Assembly (NCBI GenBank): GCA_013265495.1
Contig: MU057724.1
Location: 248,001-312,000, forward strand
Direction of reading: 5' to 3'
Length of the DNA: 64,000 nucleotides
Origin: Vicugna vicugna
Lineage: Eukaryota
This document shows positions 1 through 11,146 of this stretch, piece after piece. Under the pieces are notes generated by a model. It had not been told where the DNA came from and made no database searches. It saw only the letters and a program-made list of their open reading frames with translations. Each line of letters begins with the position of its first letter. Position 1 is the stretch's first letter. The position numbers were made by a program, and so were the translations under genes.

Positions 1-699
1 CTCTCAGGCAGAGCTGGTGAAAGGCACATGGAAAACCCCCAGAGGTGCCCAGGCAGCTATAAGGTTCACACTTTGAAGGGGAGACGGGGCTGTGGTTCAG
101 ACTGGTTCTGTCTTGCTCTGCTGTCCCTGGCCATGCCGAGGAGGTGGAATGGTCAGGTTTTTGTCTTAAATGAAGCAGTGCTTTCAGCACCATGAGTAGG
201 CTTTGGTGCAGAGCAGGGGCTGGTGGTTGGCAGGAAGATGATTGCCTGGCTCTTTGGAGGAGTGCAGGTGAGGGTGGTTGAGAGTCTGGGAGGCTGACGA
301 GCCCCTGGCAGGCAGGCTGTGAGGGCCAGATGCCTGCAGACCTGGGGCAGCCTGTCCACAGTCTGTGGTCTCCAGACGCCTGCGGAGATCCCATCCTGTG
401 ACCTTTCTCAGAGCAGAGAAGGGTGAGGACACAGCCCCCATGTGAAAGTTACTGCCCATGCCACTTAGGCCTTGGGGACCTGGAATCTTAAGACCACAGG
501 CACCAGCAGTGCCTAGAGCACCGTTTTATGAGGAAATACATCCCTGAAGAGCTGGCTTCCAAAGAGGTTTGGAACCTGACTCACTCTTAACTGCAGCCCG
601 TGAGTAAGAAGCACAGAGGTATGAGCAGAGGGGAGTCTACAGACACCTGTGGGGAGAGAGGAGGGTTGATTTTTCTGAAGAACCTCATATTTTAAAAAA

Positions 700-1310
700 T
701 AATAATTTGTAGTGAGACTTGCAAAATTAACCATTTTAAAGAGAGAAATTCAGTGCCGTTAGTCCATTCACAGTGTTGTGCAACCACCTCTTTTTGTACA
801 TTGTCTTTTGTTATTTCAGTGGCTTTGAAAGCAGTGGTAGTCTAGTTTTTAATCACAGTGTAACTGAGATAAAATACACCCTTACAGCGTGCACAGCTCG
901 CTGTCACTGCTGTATTCACACAGTTGTGCAACATCCCCACTAACTAGCTGCAGAGTATCTCCATCACTCCAGAAAGAAACCCGTGTCCACCGGCAGTCAC
1001 GCCCCACCCCTCCCAGCCCTGGCACCCACTCTTCTGCCACCTGTCTCCGCGGACAGCCTGTTGTGGACACACATGGACATGAACTCGTACGCTGTGTGTT
1101 CTTGTGTTTCTGGCTCTTGTCACTTAGTGAAACATTTTTAAGACATTCCTCAGGCTTCCTTCCTTTTTGTGGCTGAATATTCCATCATTTGGATAGACCT
1201 GCTTTGTTTATCCATTCATTGGTTGATGCATATTTTTTTGATTTGCTGTGAATATGCATGTAAGGCCTTTGGGTGGACATCTATTTTCTGTTCTTTGGGC
1301 ATATTCCTGT
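700..1310 (-). mobile_element. Old L1 3'-end fragments (L1MB/MC/ME-like)
   Basis: Typical antisense L1 3' UTR text (ttcacagtgttgtgcaaccacc; tttatccattcattggttgatg). Confidence 0.7.
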
Positions 1311-1679
1311 AGTTTAGATCGTTTTCATGTTGGCCGTCATCCTAAACAGAGCAGCCGTACAACTGGGAGGAACCTGTGATTCCTCCAGCTGGGGAGACGA
1401 CCATAGAAAGTAACCCATCCAGAGAGACAGGACTGAGAGACCGAGACAGGAACTCTGCGTCCAAACAAGATGACCAAAGGGCAACTTCAGGAAATATAGC
1501 CCAAGGTTAGAGACATGCAGTGTCCACTGTGACTTCTCCGGAGAGGGGCCGTGTTAACAGAGGGTCTCTTGCCAACACCCCGACCATGGAGTGACCCCTG
1601 AGCCGTGGAGGAGGCAGGGCCACTGAAGTTGGCTTTGCTTCCAGAACAGCTTTGTGACAGATCAGACGTCCTGCTGTCC

Positions 1680-4600
1680 ACACCCTCACCAGCAGTGAGT
1701 GTTCTCAGGGTCTGAGATTTTCAGCCGTTCTTACAGGTGTGCAGTGGTGTCTCATTGCTGTGTAGTTTGCATTTCCCTGATGGCATGTGATTCAGAATGT
1801 CTTTCATGCTTATTTGCTGTCCATATATCTTCTGTGATGAGGTGTCTGTAAAGGTCTTTGACCCATTTTTTTATTCAGGATGTTCATTTTCTTACTGTTG
1901 AGTTTTAAGGCTTTTTTTTTTGTATATTTTGGATAGCAGTCCTTTATCAGATGGGTCTTTTGCAAACATTTTCTCCCATCTGTGGCTTATCTTTTCATTC
2001 TCTTAATAGTATCTTTTGTAGACTGGAAGTTTTACTTTTAATGAAGTCCCATCAATTTTTTTCTTTCATGAGCTGTGTTTTTGGTGTTGTGCCTAAAAAC
2101 TGATTGTCAATCCCAGCATCACCCAGGTTTTCTCCTAGGAGTTTTATAGTTTCGCGTTTTAAGCTTAAGTCTGTAACCCATCTTGATTTAAGTTTTGTGA
2201 AAAGTGTAAGGTCTCTTTCTAGATTCATTGTTTTTCATGTGTGTGTCAGTTGTTTGAACACTGTTAAAAAGACTGTCCTTTTTCTGCTGGGTTGTCAAAG
2301 ATCAGTTGGCTGTATTCATGTGAGTCTATCTCTGGGCTTCCTATTCTGTTGATTCGATTACGTCTGTTCTTTCACCAATAAGACACTGTCTTGATTTCGG
2401 CAGCCATAATGCATATCTTAAAGCCCTGTGATGTGTCTTGAAGTTGGGTAGTGTCAGTCCTCCACCTTTGCTCTTTCTTCTTCAGTAATTTCTCGGCTAT
2501 TTCAGGTCTTTTTGCCTTCCGTATATACTGTAAAATCAGTGTGTTGGTATGCACAGAATTACTTGCTGGGGTTTTACTGGAATTGTGTTGAATCTGTAGA
2601 TCAACTTAGAAAAAAATTTACTATTGAGTCTTCCTGTACACAAACATAGAATATGTCTCTATTAATCTTGACCTTTCATATCTTTCAACAGATTTTATAG
2701 TTTTCCTCATATAGGTATTATACTTAAACCAAAGTAGTTCATTTATTTTACCCCTAATGTAAATGGTGTTGTGTGTTTTTAGTTTCAAAAGCCATTTGTT
2801 CATTGTTAGTATATAAGAAAGCAGTTGCCTTTTGCATTCTAACCTTGTATCTTGCGACCTTGCTACAGGCATTTTGTAGTTCTAGTTTTTTTTGTTGTTG
2901 ATTCTTTGGGATATTCTACACAGAAAACTGTCATCGGTGGATAAAAACAGTATTCTTCCTTTCCAGTCTGTATACCTTTTATTTCCTTTTCTGGTCTTAC
3001 TGCATTAGCACGTACTTCCAGTTCCATGTTGGATAGAAGTGGTGAGAGGGGGCTTCCTTGCTCTGCTCCTGACCCTAAGGAGAAAGCATCTGCTTTCTCA
3101 CCATTAGTTGTGATATATGCTGTAGGGGTTTTGTTTGTTTGTTTGTTGTTTCATCGCTAAAGGTAATATCTTTTTACTCCACACATTGAAGGAAGAGCAC
3201 GTCAGCTCTCCTGCCCATCTCTGACTGTTCTCTACCCCCCAGCCAGTTTCTGTACTTTATATTTGATTGATGGTGTTCTGTTCTGTAGCTATAATTAAAC
3301 CCTGCACTTTGTCTACAGGTTGATTCTCAAATATGAAAATCAGTTAATGGTGTTTTTATTATTATGATTATATAAATATTTTTCACTTAACAGGAAAATA
3401 TTATACTACTCTCTATTTCCTTTCTTGTGTAATTTTTTCTATGGAGTTTTATATTGACTTTTATTTTCCTTGCACTACCTGCCGTACACCCTAATTATTT
3501 TCCAAATCCTTAAAAATGGTGACATCTTTGGGGTCATCCTCGTCCTTTGTAATTTCCCTCCTGGATCCGTCTGTGCCTCTGAGCCAACCTTGACCGGCTG
3601 CTCTGTTGTCAGCACTGTTGTGGGCCCCCTGTATGAATCATTCAGGTTTGAGTCACTCTTTCCTAAATCACGAACTACTTTATTGGATTGTTCCAACCTT
3701 AGGTTTTCTGTAAATGTTCCTTACCAAGTTGAGGACGCCCCCTCTATTGCTAAATTACTGAGAGTTTTATCATGAATGGGTGTTGGATTTTGTTAAGCGT
3801 TTTCTTTACATCTATTGAAATGATCACATGATTTTTCTTCTTTAGTGTGTTGATATGATAGATTACATTCATCGATTTAAAAAAAAATTGAACCTGCTTT
3901 GTAAACCTGGAATAGTCCCATTTGGTTATGGTATAATCCTTATTTTGTATGTAGTTGGATTAGGTTGCTAATATCTTGTTAAGGAAGTTTGCGTCTGTGT
4001 TTATGAGAGATGTTGGTCTGTGGTTTTCCTTTCATGTAATGTTTTTGTGTGGATTTGGTACTGGGTGAATGCTGTCCTCAAAGGGTGTGTTAGGAAGGTA
4101 ACGTCTTCTGGAAGAAATTGGGGAGGACTGGTATAATTTCTTTCTTAAACATTTGGTAGAATTCACCCGTGAACCCCTTTGGGCCTGGTGCTTTCTGTTT
4201 TTGAAGATATGAATCATTGATTCTGTTTCTTTAATTCAGTCTTACCTCATTTTATTGCACTTTATTGCACTTTGTAGATACTGCATTTTTTACAGATTGA
4301 AGGTTTGTGGCAACTCTGTCAAGCAAGTCTGTCAGTGCTGTTCTTCAACAGCATTTGCTTACTTGGGGTCTCTGTGTCACATTTTGGTAATTCACATAAT
4401 ACTTCAGATTTTTTCATTATGACTGTATTTGTTATGGTGATCTGTGGTCAGCGATTTTTGATGTTACTGTTGCATAGATTACAACTTGCTGAAGGCTCAG
4501 CCGGTAGTTAGCACACTTTAGCAATAACGTATTTTTAATTAAGGCATGTGCTCTTTTACACATATGTTCTTGCATACTTAGTGCACTGCAGTACAGGGCA

Positions 4601-6450
4601 GACACCCTTTTACATTCCCTGGGAACCTTAAGGTACATGTGACTCCCTGTACCATGGTGCCACTTTACAGCGGCGGGCCGTCTCTGAAGTGTCTCAGACG
4701 TCTGCCTGTAGACCCAGGCCTATCAGACCCCCTGTTTCTTCTTGCGGAGCTTTGGCTGATTGTGTCTTTCAAGGAATTTCTCCATTTCACCTAATTATCA
4801 AATCTGGGCGCACAGAGCTGTTTCTGACATTCCTCTCTTACCCCTTTAATGTCTATGGAATCCTCTTTCAATTCTGATGTAAATTTGTTTCTTCTCTCTT
4901 TTATCCTTCATTAAGCCTTGCTAGAAGTTTATTAATTTTTGCTTATCTTTTCAAAAACCAACTTCTGGGTTTCTGGATTTTTTTCTGTGGATTTCCTATT
5001 CTCAGTTTCATCGATTTCTGTTCTGATTCTTGTTATTGCTTATAATCTCCTTACCTTGTTTTATAATTTGCTTCTCTTTTTCTTGTTTCTTAAGATGAAA
5101 GCTTAGATTATTGATTTTAGATGTTTTCTAGTGCTTACATTCAGTGCCATCAACTTCTGTCTAAGCACTGCTTTTGCTGCATCCCACAAATTTTGATGTG
5201 TTTTTATTTTCGTTTAATGCAAAATATTTTTAAATTTCTCTTGAAATTTCTTTGACCCGTGTGTTATTTAAAAGCATGTTGTTTAACCTCCAGATATTTT
5301 GGGGTTTTCCAGCTATTTTTCTGTTACTGACTTCTATTTAATTCCATTGTGGTTTAGAAGCATACTTAGTATGATTTCTGTATTCTTAAATGTGTAAAGG
5401 TGTGCTTTGTGGCCCAGAGTGTGGTCTGTCTGGGTGGACATACCATGAGAGCTTGAGGGGAAGGTGTGTTCTGCTCTTGTTGGATGGAGTCGTCTGTATG
5501 CATCAGTTAGAGCCAAGTGATGGTGTCCTCGGTTCAGCCACGTCCTTAGGATTTTCCACCTGTGGATCTGTCAGTCACTGAGAGAGGTACTGACGCCTCC
5601 AAGTGCAGGGTATAAAGTGCAGCCATGGGTCTGTGTATCTCTCCTTGCAGTCCCATCATTGGCTTCACATATGTCATGTATGTTAACAGTCTCTTGCGAT
5701 GCACACACACCCCGGACTGCCGTGTATTCCAGGAGAACTGTCCCCTTTACCACCAGGTAACACCCCTCTACCCCTAGCAGCTGCTTCCTGAAGTTGTCCC
5801 TCTGAACTTAACATAGCTCCCCAGCTTTCTCTTACCAGCAGGAGCGTGGAGGACCTTTCCTCTGATGTATGAGTGTCTTCGTGTGTGATGTCAGTTTCCT
5901 GTACTCACTGTCGCTGGGGCTCAGTGTTTGTCTGCTCTCACAGACCCTTTTGTGTGTTCAGACCATTCACATTTAAAGTGCATACTTACATGATGAGGTT
6001 AATAGCGTTGATGTTTTCTACTCATTGCTCTTGTTTCTTTTTTGTTTTCCACTTTCTTTCTGCCTTTCCTCATTTTAATTGAGCATTTTATCCGATTGCA
6101 TTTTCTCCTCTTTCAATATAACACTTGTTCTTATTTAAAAAAACTTTTTAGTAACTGCCTAAAGTTTGCGGTGTACACTTGGATCCAGTCAGGTCTGCTC
6201 TCAAATAAACACCGCCTACTTTAGGGTGCACCCGTGCTCTCAGCTCCTGCCTGCAGTCCCTTGTAACACCTCTCTCATTCTAATCACAGAATACACTGTT
6301 GTCATTATTTAAATAAACTTTCCTTTTCAATCAATTTAGAATAACAAAGATTAGAGGTTTTACTTTACCCTCATTTATTCCTTCTCTGATGCTCTTCCTT
6401 TGTAGATCCAGTTTCTGACCAACATCATTTTCCTTCACTACCATTTTACC
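1680..6450 (-). mobile_element. Degraded LINE-1 ORF2 (old L1M), interrupted by insertions
   Basis: Minus-strand ORF2-like peptides in the track (e.g. HPTRAEHTFPSSSHG...DHTLGHK...NHNGIK of the endonuclease domain). T-rich + strand. Confidence 0.85.
4237..4708 (+). mobile_element. Internally deleted Tigger1-type DNA transposon inserted in L1
   Basis: Tigger1 5' text (acctcattttattgcac...gaaggtttgtggcaac) joined to 3' text (gaaggctcag...tctgcctg) followed by TA. Confidence 0.8.
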
Positions 6451-8499
6451 GTTGACCCCGTGGGTCTCGCTGAAGTTCTGCAGGGTCTCCCACAGCTGTA
6501 GGACAACTTGAGGGGGTGGATCAGGTGGATATAGAATGTCCTCACAGAGCAGCCAGAGCGTCCGGTAAGAGCCAGCTAACCAGGGATTAAGAGAAAACAA
6601 GGCCCAACTGCAGAAACCAGGGACTGGCCTCTGGCGCAGGAGCCCAGCCGAGGTGAGGCCAGGGTGGGGCTGTCCCAGATGCACAGAGGGACGGGCTCCC
6701 TGCCCTCTAGCCAGCTGCGGGCTTGCCCAGATCCAGCTCTGCCGACTCCAGGCGAGGCTGTGTCCTCACTCCTGTGAAGCAACAGTGGCCCCCCCACCTC
6801 GCCCTGTGGTGCCTGGTCTGCCCCAGGAAGGCCAGGCAGAGCCGCAGGTGGACTGGCCTCAGGGTCTCCCAAGCCCCAGGACCCGGCAGGACGGAGTGTT
6901 TCCCTGAGCTGATCAGTCACTCATTGAGAACCACACCACGTCCCAGGAAGAAGCCTCCAGGACGGTGGTGCCTAGGCCTTCCCTCTGCAGACGTCGGCTC
7001 CCGGAGCTGTGGGACTTCCTTCTAGCCTCTTCCTGGGGACAGGTGTGCGTTGGTTTCCCTTCCTTGAACTACTCCCTACTTTGTCCCAACCGCTCATCAG
7101 CGGCGGGTGGTCTTGCCTGCCCTGCGTAGGGGACGTGGTCACACACGGCCAGAGTCCTGTCCTCAAACCGCGGTCGACCTCAAACTAGGAGAAAAAGGTC
7201 CTGAGCTCCGGCCTCTCAGCCAGAAGGAGGGGGGCGGTGGGGGGCCAGCCTCACCGGAGAAGGTTAGGGTTATGGGCTGGACCCTTGGGAGGACCTTCTA
7301 CAAAGTCACCTTGTGTGATATACCTTCCCAAGTCTCATTACAGGAGATTCCTGTACATGAGACAAAGGAAGTTAAGTCTTTTAATAGCAAATTGCAGCCA
7401 AGTGATGAATGTGACTTCACAACCCTTAAATGCTCAGGAAAATTGTTTTTTCCTTCTGATGCTGGTTTAAGTGAATGTCCCAGACACTGGCAGTTTAGTA
7501 ATACACTTCCCAGCCATCCCTGGGAGTTCTGCTAGGGTTGTCAGTAGGGATTTCCAAGGTGTGCAGACCCCAGGTGACATCGTTTCCTGTTCCTTAATTG
7601 GAAGGAAATTGCTTAATCCCATGTAAGTGTAAAGGCTCTTTATGCCTACCAATATCCTAGGGTAAAAGGGCAGGTAGCAGCTTTCTTTTCCTGAATTCAT
7701 TTGGCAGACCTACCAGGGACATGGGAGCCTCTGTGTTGACACACCCTGGGAGGGAGCCCCCACCTGGGCTCTGCTTTGTGAAGACATGCCCTGCCGGCTG
7801 TATTGTAAGCTCTTACTGGCTTAACTTTTCATCCCTTTGACTCAGTCTTGATTAGAGTTGCAAGGACAATGAAATTACCTGGGCAGCCTTTTCAAAATCA
7901 AGATGTATTATTTTTACTTCAAAGTCATTCAAGGATGCATTGCATGAATGCATTTTAATAAACCAGACCTACTTAGTTCTTATCATTCTGTTTTATCCTC
8001 TACAGATAAATTTTCTCCTAATGTTTGTTCTAGTTGGGAGTGGAATTCTTTGCTGCAAAAAATGGGAAGGACGACTCTTCCATTTTTCTGGAAACTTAGA
8101 TCACATCTTACTTTTTTTCCCCAGTGTCTAATTTCACCACTTTTCAACAGGGATGGTGTGTGATTTGCCAGTGTATCTCGAGGATATCTGCACTGTTGCA
8201 CATTCCAAGAAAATTACACCAACTCAGTCCCGTTTAAATTCCTCTCTAGCTTCTCACTCCTTCCACCATCAAGTCTAAAATCCCCACCCAGACCCTGGAC
8301 GGGCCTGGCCTGCTGACTTCATAGCTGTCTCACCTTCCGTTACGGCTGCTTGGCCTCTAGCCCCACTGGCAAGTAGCGGGTGGGCTGTGCCCACCCTGCC
8401 TCCAGCCCTACCTCCTGTCCATCCTTCAAGGAAGCCTCCCCTGACCCCAGGCCAGCCTAGAGGGCCTCCCTTCTGCACCTCTAAGGGGTCTTTTCCATT

Positions 8500-9560
8500 T
8501 CTCAGTTTAGTATTTATTTCATGTTTTTTTCATAGACTATGTTTTAGAGAAGTTTCCGGCTTACAGCAGAACTGAGCAAAAGGTAGAGCTCTGCCGAATC
8601 CTCCTGCCCCAACACACGCATAGCCTCCCACCATCAGCACCCCCAGCAGACAGGGCATGATCCTGCTCGTCCTCACCACCTGGAGGCCATAGCTTGCATC
8701 AGGGTTCACTGTTGTGCTGTGTGTTCCGTGGGCCTAGACCCATGTGTGGTGTGCAGCCGTCATTACATATCATACAGAGTAGTTGTCCTGACCTAAAGTG
8801 CCTTGCGCTCCGCCCGTTCAGCCCTCTCTCCCTCTTGATACCTGGTAACTGTAGCTTTGCTTTTTCCAAAATGTCAGAGTTGGAATTATGCATGTAGTCT
8901 TTTCGAACTGGCTTCTTTCTCCTAGTCATTTGCATGTAAGTTTCCTCCGTGTCTTTTTGAGGCTTGATAGCTCATTTCTTCTCATCAGTGGATAATATTC
9001 CATTGTCTGGATGGACCACAGCTCTTGTATCTGTTCACCCACTGAAGGCTGTCTTGCCATGTTTTGGCAGTTACGAGTAAAGCTGCTGTGAACATCCGTG
9101 TGCAGGTGCTTACGTGGAGATACATTTTCAGCTCCTTTGGGTAAACACCTAGGAGTGTGATTGCTTGATCGTATGATAAGACTACGTTTAATTTTGTAGG
9201 AAACCATCAAACTGTTCACAGTGGCTGCACCGTTTCACACCCCCAGCTGCCATGACTGAGAGTTCCTGCTGCTGCGAGTCCTCTCACTTGGTGGTGTCAG
9301 TGTCTGGATTCCGGCTGTTGTCATACGTGTGCAGTGGTGGTGCGTTGCTGTTGTACTTTGCAGTCCCCTGACAACATGATGCTGCACGTCCTTCCGTGTG
9401 CTCACATGCCGTCTGTGTATCACCCTGGTGTCTGTGAGGATCTTTGGCCCATTTTTAAATCGAGTTGTTTTGATTCTTCTTGTTGAGCTTTAAGAGCCCT
9501 TTGTACGCCGTGGACAACAGTCCTTCATCAGGGTGTCTTTTGTGGATACTTCCTCATGTA
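8500..9560 (-). mobile_element. Old L1 3' region
   Basis: Antisense L1 3' motifs. The track peptide QELWSIQTMEYY resembles the ORF2 C-terminus. Confidence 0.8.
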
Positions 9561-10015
9561 CTTTGACATAGTAACTCCACCTGTGTGAGTCTATCCTGAG
9601 GAAAGGGCCCAGCACAGAAAAGGCCAAGTAGACAGATGCCCACTGCCTGGTGCTGGAGCACCTTGGAGACCTGGTGGCCAGTGTGGGCCGTGGCTGAGGG
9701 AGCCATGACCCAGAGGCACAGCCGTGCAGCAGCCTCAGGGCAGGATGAGACGGTGCAGTGACGGTTTGCTTGTAACAGCTTTGTCTGTGCCCATCTGGAA
9801 AAAGGCAAAAATGAAGATACTTGGTTAGGTGGTAATACACCTGAGCTTTAAAACTTGCTGTAATTTTGTGCAATAAAAGGAACTTATAAAAAAAAAAAAC
9901 AGAAACATTTACATAAACTCACAACCTGAGCCCCTGGTGTTAACCGTCTGTGACCTGAGGAGCAAAGGGAAGCCGGGGCAGAACCACCCTGAGCCTGGCT
10001 GTCTCCCCGGCCCAG

Positions 10016-10109
10016 GCACCGTGACTGGCGTGGACGAGAGCACCGCCTTCTCCTGGCCTGCATGTGACCTGTGTGGCAGCGCGAGACTGGAACAGAGCCC
10101 AGGAGACAG
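10016..10109 (+). CDS. SPIDR: SPIDR coding exon (approx. exon 17); GTVTGVDESTAFSWPACDLCGSARLEQSPGDR
   Basis: Translation resembles the SPIDR C-terminal region (VDESTAFSWPxCDxCG). Acceptor cccag|GC, donor AG|gtatgc, 94 nt, phase matches the next exon. Synteny with CEBPD/PRKDC. Confidence 0.9.
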
Positions 10110-10784
10110 GTATGCGGCAGGGCTGCCGGGAGAACGCAGGTCAGCAGCGACCTGCCAGGACCCCAGGGCCGATGCCTTGGACCAGGCCAGGCCGAGCTGC
10201 AGGGAGGAGGCCACAGTGCAGTTCTCTTCCTCTACGCTGGTTCTGCTGTGCCTGTAGCTCCTCCTGTCCTTCAAGAGGTGCCAGGTTTCCTCAGCTCCTT
10301 TATTATCAGGCAGAAGGAAAAGAACTCGGGGCAGACATGGGTGAGAGACATACTTGGTGACTGCACAGGTGTCCTTTGCAAGCAGACATCCCTTCCCTGC
10401 CCACCCCCATTGGGCCCAGTGTTGACCCAGTTCTCCGAGCCGGTCCTCTGGCCCCTCCGTGACTCCTGCAGCTTGATGCCTCCTGGAGGTGGCCTTATAC
10501 ACAGGGCACTGCCGAGCTGCATGTGGAGACAGGAGAAGCAAGACAGAGCAGAGACGCTGATGACTAAAGAGGTTCTCCTGTCCCAGCTGCTCCCACTGGT
10601 TCAGCGTGGACGTGCCTCCTGCCTGTGTCCCTCCATCCTCCAGGTGTCACATGTGTGGCCGCGCTGCTGAGCACGGCTGCTTCTGGCCTGTTTTGGGACC
10701 TGAGTTCCTTCTCTCTGTTGGGTGCGAGGAGTGTCTGCACTGCCAGACTCCTCGCTTTCCTTGCGTCTTGTTTCCAAACCTCAG

Positions 10785-10899
10785 GGGCACCTTCTTCTGT
10801 GGGGACTGCTCCCGCCTGGTCACCTCTCCGCTCCTCAGGAGGCACCTGCAGGTCTTCCTGGACTGCCCCTCGTGCCCCCGGTGCACAGTCAGGGTCCAG
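10785..10899 (+). CDS. SPIDR: SPIDR coding exon (approx. exon 18); GTFFCGDCSRLVTSPLLRRHLQVFLDCPSCPRCTVRVQ
   Basis: Pyrimidine tract plus ctcag|G acceptor, CAG|gtagga donor, 115 nt, frame continuous. Matches the SPIDR CGDCSR...HLQVFLDC motif. Confidence 0.92.
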
Positions 10900-11092
10900 G
10901 TAGGAGGCAGGCGGGACCCCTGTGCCCTTTTCCACAGCCTGGCAGGAGCTGGGAAGGGGTCAGATGCACAGTCTACTCAGGGCTCTGGGATGAAGCAAGT
11001 GGTTTAGAGCCCACGTCAGTTCTCGGGAGGGGAGTGTTTCCCGTGTGAGTCAGTGGTGGAGTCCTAACCTAGCCCCTTGGCTGTGATTGCAG

Positions 11093-11146
11093 CTGCTGCA
11101 GGACAGTATTTCTTCGCTCCTGAAGTTTGCCGCCAGCGAGGATGGG
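11093..11146 (+). CDS. SPIDR: SPIDR coding exon (approx. exon 19); LLQDSISSLLKFAASEDG
   Basis: tgcag|CTG acceptor with an upstream cctaac branch-like motif, GGG|gtgagt donor, 54 nt in frame. Confidence 0.9.

Noticed and set aside
6460..7540. GC-richer intronic segment with a donor-like ccg|gtaaga and 84-142 aa ORFs as an extra SPIDR exon or LTR
   Set aside because: No recognisable SPIDR or retroviral peptide, and no convincing acceptor or LTR termini.
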